Assembly: GCA_051362555.1 (NCBI GenBank)
Contig: CM120640.1
Span: forward strand, 30,399,967 to 30,463,966
Source of the DNA: Lingula anatina
Lineage: Eukaryota; Animalia; Brachiopoda
Reading direction: 5' to 3'
Length of the DNA stretch: 64,000 bases
Shown here: positions 14,054 to 23,999 of the stretch, one piece after another
Position numbering within the stretch: position 1 is the stretch's first letter
Layout of the letters: the number at the start of each line of letters is the position of its first letter
Position numbers and translations under genes: made by a program
The notes under the pieces: model-generated
Seen by the model: only the letters and a program-made list of their open reading frames with translations
The model's database searches: none
Told to the model about the DNA's origin: nothing

Positions 14054-14165
14054 CAGGTCATCCTGCCAGGGAGGCTGTGGGTCAATGGTATGTCTGACAT
14101 CATCATCGTCCTGGTCATCAGAGTAGATGTTGACCCTATGGTCCAAGCCCACAGATACCACGTAC
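14054..14165 (-). CDS. Captured WD40 exon 4 (RYVVSVGLDHRVNIYSDDQ...QPPWQDDL)
   Basis: TTCAG/GTCAGT splice sites, 112 nt, phase 2-0. Confidence 0.88.
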
Positions 14166-14997
14166 CTGAAGTGAACAGCAGGTGTTATAGAAATTGATTT
14201 GAAATATAACTGCAACTTAAATGTTGAAGTTTTACAAGACTATTGTTACAGTAGGCATTTTGTGCTAGCAGTGAACATATTTAAGTTCTGTTTCATTAAG
14301 CTGAAAACTATTATCATTAATATCAAAAACACAATAATTTTAAAGCAAAACACCAGGATACACACAAGATGAAACTGGTTAATTGATTATTTACTTATTA
14401 CATTTTACTTCACAAATCAAAGTTGTGCCCATTGACATGGTGCCTTTTCAATGTACTTGATTAAGGAAAAATATTGATTGTATTAACTTAATATTTATGT
14501 GCTTATCATAAAAGCATATCCAACATGAATGTAAAGCCTTCCCTTTTAATATAAGCAATCAAACACGCACAAGCAAAAAAGAAAACCACAGAAACCCACA
14601 CAAAAACACAAAAATGCCTTCAAATAGCAACTAAAAAGTTATCAAGAGCAGTAATAATAACAAACATATAAATGGGACATTGCCATAAAAGATCACATGA
14701 TGAATTTCATTTGTATGTCAAAATAAAAAAAAATCATTGTCATTAAGTCATAAAATTGTTCTATCTAACAAGCAATTAGCTGTAATTTCAAATCCCAAGC
14801 CTCATAAGGAAATATAGTCTTTGACACCGAGCAAAGAGATCTGCAAGCATGTCTATGTCTAATCATATGTATATCAAATTGAATAATACACTGTTTACAA
14901 TTTAAGCATGTCATTGGTATTTACAAAGAATAGTGTAGATTTTCTGCTCAATATGCACCAACTGCAAAACATAAGTGAAGCTGTCAAATATATTCCA

Positions 14998-15245
14998 AAG
15001 CACCCTGAATATCACTGCCCAATTTGCTGTCTAAATTCTCAAAAATGACTTTTACAAAAAATCTTTAATAGCGCCCTAAATACCATTGCCTAATTTGCTG
15101 TCTAAACTCTCAAAAATGACTTTTTAAAATCTCTAAAAGCATCCTTAATATCGCCACCTAATTTTCTGTTCATACTTCTGAGAATGACTTTTACAAAATC
15201 TTTAAAAGCACCCTGAATATCACTGCCTAATTTGCTGTATAAACT
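14998..15245. repeat. ~70-bp intronic tandem repeat, about 3.5 copies
   Basis: AAGCACCCTGAATATCACTGCC...AAAAATGACTTTT recurs at ~14998, 15068, 15137 and 15207. Confidence 0.85.
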
Positions 15246-15984
15246 CAAGATATAAACTCAAGCTCTATGATGTTGTATACAAGACAGCTTGCAAACATCT
15301 ACCTCTGTGGTCTGATTTCAATTTCTGTGTTAACATCAAGTAACTTCCTGTATCACAGTAGTATTGAAAAAAATTATTATCAACTGAACAAATAAAAAGA
15401 TGATAACACAAAATATTAACTAAAATTTAACTAAGAAGACTGGGGAAATCATTACCAAACAACTAAGCCATGTATGATGTTAACACCCATGTTTTAAAAA
15501 AAATTAAATATTATAATTAAAAAAAATCTTTACCAAACAGAGAATTAACCATGGCCTTATTATTCTGAACATCAAATCTCTGCACAAATTCAAACAAGAA
15601 ATGAATATAACGTCAATAAGAATCATGATGCATCAACTGCATTTGAACATTTGAACCCAAACAGCTATACCTTTTATATATTCCAGTCTTACTAATTAAA
15701 GAAGTTTTTAAAGAAATTAAACAAAAAATTTAATGGCAACTTTTAGCATGAGACACAGTAATCTCCCACTGAAGATTAGTATTAAAGGATAAATATGAGA
15801 TAAGTCTATATACATTTAAAAGATCACAGGAAGAATTACAGAAAAGAAAGGTTACCAAGCTAGAAAAATAGTCAAATGTTAATGTTGCATATGAATATGT
15901 AGGTTAATTTGCCACTAACATTTACTATAAATATTTACATTATGGTATTCACTACAAAGCAATGTTCTCTGCTCCTTGACTTAC

Positions 15985-16039
15985 CTATTCTTGTTCATTT
16001 CTATATATGCACAGGAACAAATCTCATCATTGCCAGACT
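15985..16039 (-). CDS. Captured WD40 exon 3 (ESGNDEICSCAYIEMNKN)
   Basis: TTACAG/GTAAGT splice sites, 55 nt, phase 1-2, links its neighbours in frame. Confidence 0.85.
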
Positions 16040-16330
16040 CTGTAAAATGAGGAAGAAATATCATCAATTCCATATATGATATTGATTTAAACAAACCATG
16101 ATAATTTTATCTATTCAGATCTTAGTGACAGTTTTATTTATAGTTTCAACCATCAGAAAAAAATTAAAATAGATGCAACTAGTGAAATCTAGGCAAGATG
16201 GATGGAAAGAGTTTATAATAAAAGCAATTTCAAAAATTTAGCAAAATTCACCCTCACAAAAGTGCCTTCACTAGAAAATGAGACATTCAAATAATAATAA
16301 AAATAATTATATTAATAATAATAATACTAC

Positions 16331-16410
16331 CTTTCATTAAAACCCTGAGACAATGCCCATTGTTGTAGTTCCATATTTTAAGACAGCCATCTCTGGCACC
16401 AGTGATACAC
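16331..16410 (-). CDS. Captured WD40 exon 2 (RCITGARDGCLKIWNYNNGHCLRVLMK)
   Basis: TGTAG/GTAGTA splice sites, 80 nt, phase 2-1, canonical TG-x-x-DG-x-LKIWN WD motif. Confidence 0.92.
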
Positions 16411-16733
16411 CTACAATCAAATAAATTAAATTTCAGGACCAAATTTTGCTTTTGATCATTTAACCAAGAAACACAGCTACCAAAGTTCAAACAATGCTAT
16501 CTTCCAAGTATTATATGATTTAATTATTTTTTCACAAGACAGAATTAGTACACATTCCAGGTTTTTATGTATATAATTAGTTTGCAGTTGTATTTTGTTC
16601 TAGATCAGATTGTATTATACTAAAGTAAATATATTACAATTTGCACAAAAAAAGCCCTTCTAACTGCCATGGTCTAAGAACTTAGAAGCCCAAATAAAAG
16701 AAGTGGTAAGTAATTGAACAAATTTATGGACCT

Positions 16734-16886
16734 TTTACTGGCATTTGCCATTTGACTGGTGCTAATACCATAAACAAGTATAATATATAATAATTTGACT
16801 GGTGCTAATACCATAAACAAGTATAATATATATATATTATACTTGTTTATGGTATTAGCACCAGTCAAATGGCAAATACCAGTAAA
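16734..16886. repeat. Long near-perfect palindrome with an internal ~43-bp direct duplication
   Basis: TTTACTGGCATTTGCCATTTGACTGGTGCTAATACCATAAACAAGTATAATATA and its reverse complement around a (TA)n centre. Confidence 0.92.
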
Positions 16887-16900
16887 GTGACCTATATTAC

Positions 16901-17007
16901 CTTCTGCCTGTGTTATCAAAGCACAAGCATGTGATGGCAGCATCCCCATGAGCATTACTGAAGTCAAAGATTGGGTTGCCACTTTCAAAATCCTTCAGCT
17001 TCACTGT
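16901..17007 (-). CDS. Captured WD40 exon 1 (TVKLKDFESGNPIFDFSNAHGDAAITCLCFDNTGR), WDR49/WDR95/WDY family
   Basis: TTGCAG/GTAATA splice sites, 107 nt, phase 0-2, WD40-like sequence. Confidence 0.85.
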
Positions 17008-17400
17008 CTGCAAAATACACAAACATAACTACTTAAAACAAACTCTTGACTATCTGTATTCAAATTAATTTCATACTCTTAACATACAATACACGGATGA
17101 ATTTTTTATTTCCTTTGTAAACATAAACATTTGTACATAAGTGACAAAACTTCATTAGTAAATAAATCAGTATAGAGTGTATATTTTATAATATCAACTA
17201 AAGAAAAGCAACTAATTATACTTCAATTCACATACAAGCATCGGCAAAAATTGGAATACAGGCAAAGGAAATTCATGTATCAGACTGACTGAATATGTGT
17301 GCACACCCATACATGCATATGCATATATGCTGACATACAAATGCATGTACCATATGCACGCAAGCACATAATGTATAAAAGAAAATACTACTATACTTAC

Positions 17401-17433
17401 CGAGGCAGCTGAGGACTCGTAAAACTGTGACAT
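17401..17433 (-). CDS. Putative start mini-exon of the chimeric gene (MSQFYESSAAS)
   Basis: ATG at 17433-17431, 33 nt long, consensus GTAAGT donor. Phase 0 matches the next WD40 exon. Confidence 0.5.
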
Positions 17434-17879
17434 TGCGTCTTCAAAACTTAACTGTCTACGAATCTGTTAGAATTTAACTGTATTTGACAAATGTTAAAGT
17501 TAATGCAACATGATAGTATTACATGTAGTTAGTTTATGTAGTGTATGTTCATTGTTTGTAACATATAATATTCATAGTTAAGTTAGTTGATGTTTGTGTT
17601 TTTTTATGTTCGGGCTGTTTTGGTCCGTAACACTGAGCATCAAACTGGGAAGTTTAAAAAGAATCTGACGACCCATAGGTGGATACAGGGGCCGGTCCCG
17701 GGGTCTGGACCCCCCCCCCCCTTTTCTTCCGAAATTACCTTTTTTTGTAGGTAATTATCCTAATTTCCCCCCCTTTTCAGATCTGAGTCTTTTTATTTCA
17801 AGAAATGCTTGATATCTTGGAGAACACCTTCAGCCATCAGGCAAATTTCAATCAAATATCCTGATACCCTAATTGATAT

Positions 17880-18435
17880 ATCAACGTTAATTCAATTTTC
17901 AAATTCAACTTTATTTCAACATTGATTCAACATTGAGGTATCAATGTTGATTCAACATTGATACCTCAAGGTTGTTTCAAACTTGATGGTTCAAGGTTGA
18001 TTCAACCTTGATGGTTCAACGTTGAGTCAACTTTCATAGTCAACGTCATATCAACATAGTTTCAACGTTGACGGTCAACGTTGATTCAACATTGAGACCT
18101 CAAGGTTGATTCAACCTTGATGGTTCAACGTTGAGTCAACTTTCATAGTCAACATCATATCAACATAGTTTCAGCATTGACCGTCAACGTTGATTCAACA
18201 TTGAGACCTCAAGGTTGATTCAACCTTGATGGTTCAACGTTGAGTCAACTTTCATAGTCAACGTCATATCAACATAGTTTCAACGTTGACCGTCAACGTT
18301 GATTCAACATTGAGACCTCAAGGTTGATTCAGCCTTGATGGTTCAACATTGAGTCAACTTTCATAGTCAACGTCATATCAACATAGTTTCAACGTTGACC
18401 ATCAACGTTGATTCAACATTGATTCAATGTTGATT
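17880..18435. repeat. Right subterminal repeat array (~110-bp units) of the CACTA-like element
   Basis: CAAGGTTGATTCAACCTTGATGGTTCAACGTTGAGTCAACTTTCATAG repeated about 4 times, rich in the palindrome TCAACGTTGA. Confidence 0.9.
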
Positions 18436-19049
18436 TGCCCGCTGGGTATGAACCCCTAATAACAGATTTCCATTCAACAAAGGCATCATTTTGCTTTGTT
18501 AATGATTAAATCTGAACTAAGGCTTTTAAGAAAAATTGCTGGCAGGGTTTTGGAATATTAAATGGTGTCATTAAATTTGTGTTAAAACAGTGTTTGTGCG
18601 TGCTCAGGTAAAAGAGAAATGTGACATGACGTGTGTAAATGCTAATTAATTTTGTCATGGAACACTGAAGATATATTTATTATCCAAAATGATGTATGTT
18701 TTCAATAAATAAGGAGTTTTTGGCAAATGTTTAGTTATATAGTATCCTTAAAAAAGACAAAGTTTCATAATTTTATAATCCAAACTCAGTTTCGGCACCT
18801 AGTTTTTGTGCATCTCCACACTCCAGCCCATGTTTCTTCCTCACCAGCCATAATACACATCTCCATACTCCAGCCCATGTTTCTTCCTCTGATCGAGTCA
18901 CCAGCCATAATACACATTCCTTTTGCATTATGTCAACCATGAATCAGGCTGAAGTGGCAATCCCTCTACAAATATATAAAGAGAGAAAATGAAAATGTAA
19001 TTTATATAGGCTTGCACATTCACTTAAATAAATGATTGATTAAAATATA

Positions 19050-20385
19050 GGGCAACGCCTAAACCATATCAAAAACAAAAAAATGGATACCACCTCCAGT
19101 ATTGCACTTGACAAGGTCTACAAAATGCAATAAAACAGAGATCTCTGGCATTTACCATTCCAGATTTAGAGCGAGTTTTCAGTTTTGGTATCTAATGGCG
19201 GCTTCTCCCGTGAAAATGCACCGATTGACCCCAAACTCTCAAAGATGAAAGGAGTCCCCAATGGTAACCCCTCACTAAAATAGGAGAGCTTAGGGCTGCA
19301 TAGTTTCCAAAAATTAGCACATATTAATATTTTTTTACAGAAAATTCCCATTTTTTAGAAAATTTTGGCTTGTTTGACCTTGAAAAAACGGTCAAAAGTC
19401 AAATCCAAGGACATATTTAGAATCTCCACATACAGGCATGAGATTTGGTTTTGATAAAAAAGTCTGAAAGATTTTTCGAAGAAAAATCTTAACGCACACG
19501 TAAACGAGCGACAAGTCGACAACTCAAAACATGAAAATTTTCAAATGCAAGTTCAATGTCTTCATACGACATACACACAACCGATCTAGTAAAACAACCT
19601 ACCTGAATTTATCCTTAATCCCTTTATCGATTTCTCTGACTCTATCGTCGTTTACACCGGCCTCAAGTAGCTTCATTTTCCAAAACGCAAAAGCGACACA
19701 CGATACCACATGGAAAAAACCGCGCAGCGCTATATGAACAGGATACAGGCCGTTTTACGGTAATTGCATTCAATGACTGTATAAATGTCGTATAGATGTC
19801 GCAAAAGTTTCCCCCTTGATAACAGTGCGTCCCAGAATCGATATATATGTACGGTTGGTAACGTTTTTCGGCAAGGTCAAAATTGAAAACATGCGAGTGC
19901 CGATGAGTGAAGGGTCTCGCCGGGGAAGGGAAGGGTACCCCTACCCCCCCCCCCCTGAAATTTTCTCAACGGATTTGCAATGATATAAAAAATGACATTT
20001 TTGAAGGAAAAAAGTCGGAATTCCGCCAAAAGACGGAAAAATCTCATGCCTGCACATATGACTTTCGGTCAGACTTCTGTAGTAATTTTTCCCATAATTC
20101 CTTTGGTTTGGGAGATATTTAGCATTGAATTTTCAAAAATTTTGACAAGGGTGCATTTCAACAAGCGTCACGCCCAGGCCAGTGCACTGAAGGAGACAAA
20201 AAACCAGGGTGTTTAAGTTGAGATTATATGTGACCTAAATCCAAGAGATGGGGACACAGGTCCTTGCAGTCTAGGAGGAGAAGCGGTAACGGTGACTTGT
20301 TTCCGGCGCCCGACTGCGGAGCCGGCGGAGCTGTACGAGACGGGTCGGGACTAAAACCATGAGTACCGCCAGCGTACACGCTTAA
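19050..20385 (-). mobile_element. HINE-like element, family B (homologous to 27075-28145), with a nested MITE
   Basis: Shared blocks with 27480-28145 (GACCTTGAAA...GGTCAAA, GGGACTAAAAC..GTACCGCCAGCG). The other copy ends in a GTACCGCCAGCG...CGCTGGTGGTAC hairpin. Confidence 0.7.
19433..20052. mobile_element. hAT-like MITE with 6-bp TSD (hAT6-like)
   Basis: TIR CAGGCATGAGATTT / AAATCTCATGCCTG. CACATA duplicated at 19427-19432 and 20053-20058. The paralogous empty site at ~27849 has a single CACATA. Confidence 0.9.
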
Positions 20386-21147
20386 TAAGATTCATATTAA
20401 GAAAATGCCCATCCTCATAAATGCAGAATATTAAATATAAACCAAGCTAAACATTGGACTTTACTTTATATAGATTCCTGATTAAGTAATATAAGCCAGT
20501 TGATGGCACTGATTGAAATTTTAAATGAAATATGATGTTACCCTTTTCTGCATTCTTCATTGAGCTCACGGCAGCCACCTTTTATTAAATAATAAAGCCC
20601 ACCAGAATGGACTATTCTGGCAATCAAAGTTCTGAAGCTTATATAAATGCCAAGAATATTGTCAAGGGATAACAAATCATACGAGATCCATACTATACTT
20701 TACAATAAATACATTGTAAACAACTCAGAAATGTAATAAATTCTATTATACCACCAAAACAGAAGTTATCATAATTATGTGTTAATTAAGTTGAACTTAC
20801 TTTGGGTCTTTATATTCATTGCCAAAATCTCAAATGCCTGTGAAATGAAAAAAAAAAAACTTACAATTTCAACCTGACAGTGATTATATAAACTTTTTTA
20901 GTCAATTATGTATGATTTCATCATTAACTTTACAAATTTTGCATTTATATTATTTTGTTAGTCAGAAAAATTAACTCACTTTTTGTTTAATAAACTTTGC
21001 TCCAAAGTAACCAGCTTTTTTTTTTTTTTTTTTTTTTTTGTGAACAGTATCCCTTAATAAAGTTTGCATGCCTTTGAAGTTTAGGTATGTCTATGTTTTG
21101 TTGAGGTTACAAACTATTGTCTGAACCGTGAAGCAATTTAGCATCTT

Positions 21148-21332
21148 AAACTGCATTCCCACAGATTTTAGATTGATCTATCCCCATAGGAAGTCTCACT
21201 AGATAACTGTCAGCTTAGCCAGCTGAAACGTCTGTCCGGCCTACTAAAAGCTGACAGCAATTGATCATGAACCCCCAGGGAGTTAGGTCAATCCAGATAG
21301 ATCAATCTAAATCTTTGGGAATGCAGTCTTAG
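21148..21332. mobile_element. Short MITE (possibly PIF/Harbinger-like)
   Basis: ~35-bp imperfect TIR ACTGCATTCCCACAGATTTTAGATTGATCTAT / ATAGATCAATCTAAATCTTTGGGAATGCAGT. Related ends at ~31005-31040 and ~50817. Confidence 0.7.
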
Positions 21333-21585
21333 AAAAACTGTAATTAAAACTTAAATGCCTTTACATTTTTCACCTACGTTTCCTTTTCTTCTTCACTTGA
21401 ACTATCCACAAAATTCTAGTGGTTTTACAACTGGAACATGGTAGAAAAACCATAATTTTTTAAATTTCCTTACGTTTTGCAATCTTTGAGAGTCACATTC
21501 ATCCTTAGTGCCGGACAGGCAATTATAATCCTCTACAATCTGAAAAACAAAATTAATAATTTGAATATATATATATATATAGATT

Positions 21586-21759
21586 GGGGCCGTAGCGATA
21601 GTCCGAAGGTTCAATAGTCCAAAGGTTCAATGTTCCGAATGTTCACTATAGAACCTTCGGACCAATGAACCCTTGATTGAAAAATCGATGAAAATGTTAC
21701 CACTTTTCGGACCAATGAACCTTCGGACCAATGAACCTTCGGACTATTGAGACGCCCCC
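21586..21759. mobile_element. MITE with GGGG termini, subterminal repeats and 8-bp TSD
   Basis: ATAGTCCGAAGGTTC / GAACCTTCGGACTAT inverted repeats. TATAGATT flanks both sides (21578-21585, 21760-21767). Confidence 0.8.
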
Positions 21760-23209
21760 TATAGATTGATATATAAATTCTTTTATGTAATTATTTGTGT
21801 ATTAATTTTTTGAGATGTACAGACACAGATGTCACTACAATCATGTAGTTGTCACTTGCGTCTTTCATCACCATTCACTTTCAGTGATAACACCATAAGT
21901 GGAAAAACACTTTAACTTTTCTCTTAAAACTTTTGAACTCTCATGTTTCTGAGGTCTATGCTAGTTACATATCCCTAATATATGTGTTACTTGTTGTGCA
22001 CAATTAAAACTTGGTGTTGATTTTGCTGTTAGGCCTAATTCATTATTGCATCTAATGTTGTGTATCATTTAATGTTACATCTGGTCAACACCATTATACA
22101 GCTCAGAGACATAGACAATAACAAAACCAACAGTGAAAAAACTAGGTATATAGGATGATATCATGGACTGAACACAACAGTAATGAGGAAGTACTAAATA
22201 ATCTAAAAATGAAAAGATAATTGTTGAACACCACAAGAAAACAAAATTACCTCATTTTGGAGATATCATAAGGAAAAATAATTTGCAGCTGTTGTTGTTA
22301 AAACCTGCTTTTTCAATAGGAATTAGCCATCCACAGACAGGTAGAGAATGGAAAGGGTACTCTGGAAAAAGAGCAATATAATTGAAAAAAACTGAAAATA
22401 ACACTGAAAACACTGGCAAATTCCATGACTTAAAATAGTTCAACATTAATAATTTTGTAAAATCTAGTCCAATGTTTCTGATATTTGTACAAATTAAGCT
22501 TAACAACAATAAAAATCTTGTCTTTTTTTTTAAGTGTAATTTTTTTTTTGAAATTGATAATCAGAAGAGTGAGAATTAACCAGATTTAGTTTCTAAATTG
22601 CAATGTATTATTTACTCTCAAAGAAAACAGCAAACGTGATGATTTGAGGTTGTTTGAGTAAGAGGTGGCAAATGACCTATAAGTTCTATCTGGAAAACAA
22701 TATAAACCCATACAAAACTTCTCCTTACTACCAATGCCAGATGCAGATTACTGCTTACAATGGGTTTCTGGAATGGGTTGTTGTTAGCACAATATTTGAC
22801 AAATCTTGCCACATATCATGTATTGTAATCATGGATAAGAGATAGTACTGCTCTTGATGCTGTCTTTTACTGCCAGCTTTTTCATGTTAAGGGTACTCTG
22901 GAAAAAGAATAATATAAATAAAAAAACTGAAAATTACATTGAAAAGACTGGCAAATTCAATGACTTAAAATAGTTAAATGTTTATAATTTTGTAAAATCT
23001 AGTCCAATATTACTGAAATTTGTACAAATGATGCTGAACAACAATAAAAATCTGTGATAAGCTGATCAGTTGACTGTGTCTAATTAAAAGTACGTTTTCA
23101 GACAATATATTTGAACAAACTGAAAATTACATAGAAGATTGGCAAAATGGTTGAACGTTAATAAATTTGTCAAATCTAGTCCAATGTTTCTAATATTTGT
23201 ACAAATTAA

Positions 23210-23546
23210 AGTGATAATAACTCTTCGTTTTGGCCAAAAAATGAATTTTCCTGGAGTAAACAACAATTTTCCCATACATACCAATGGTTAATGAATCCAT
23301 TTTTACATTCAAAGTTAGTCCCTGGTTTTTTTCTAAAAAGTTTGTTTTTTTGTTAAAATCTCTTAAGAGATTTTAACAGAGTATAGCCATCAATGGAGGT
23401 CACATGGTCTAAAGACAAGCTCAGATATCAGAATAATAGCTATAACTGCCATTTTTGTGGTAAAACAGAATATATTATATTTCTATGAGTTATTCACAAT
23501 GTTTTTATTGTGAAATATAGATCTCATACGAAGAGTTATTATCCCT
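23210..23546. mobile_element. Kolobok-like MITE, copy 1
   Basis: TTAA TSD; TIR AG(T/G)GATAATAACTCTTCGT / ACGAAGAGTTATTATCCCT. Confidence 0.85.
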
Positions 23547-23999
23547 TTAAGCTTTACAACAATAAGAATCTGTGATAAGCTGATCAGTTGTCTGTCTTTT
23601 CTTAAGCCTCAGTTTTTTTTTTTTTTTTGGAAAGAGAGAAGAGTGAGAATTAACCAAAACTAATATTTCAATATTGAACTGTATTATTTACTCTCAAAGA
23701 AAACTGCAAACATGATGATTTGAGGTTGTTTGTGTAAGAGGTTGCAAATTACTTATAAGTATTATATGGAAAACAATATATACCCATACAAGACTTCTAC
23801 TTATTACCAATGCCAGATGCAGATTATGGGTTTCTGGAATGGGTTGCTGTTAGCACAATATTTGACTATGTCCTAAATCTTGCCACATATCATGTATTGT
23901 ACACATGGATAAGACATAGTGCTGCTCTTGGTGCTGTCTTAAGCTTTCACTGCCTGCTTTTTCATATTAAGGGTACTCTGGAAAAAGAATAATATAACT

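Larger units (their letters stand above)
11690..18446. mobile_element. Non-autonomous CACTA/EnSpm(CMC)-like DNA transposon carrying captured WD40 gene exons (Pack element)
   Basis: 11-bp perfect TIR CCCAGCGGGCA / TGCCCGCTGGG, TA duplicated at 11688-11689 and 18447-18448. TCAAC(G/A)TTGA subterminal arrays at ~11702-12030 and ~17880-18435. Removing the element restores an open frame across the site. Confidence 0.88.
9126..21539 (-). pseudogene. Decayed multi-exon gene for a Cys-rich single-pass membrane protein (PAN/apple-like exon, EGF-like end, TM, tail)
   Basis: Exon-like blocks with splice sites: 21474-21539 (IVEDYNCLSGTKDECDSQRLQN); a PAN-like exon split by the CACTA element; 10371-10464 (QVNCGN...CLGE); ~9957-10013 (EYYGEYCEKE); 9576-9663 (TM); 9126-9318 (tail). 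Blocks at ~10771-10960 and ~11118-11336 contain stops. Confidence 0.55.

Noticed and set aside
13004-17007. An ordinary resident WD40 gene
   Set aside because: Only an internal run of exons is present, wholly enclosed by transposon TIRs that interrupt a different gene's exon.
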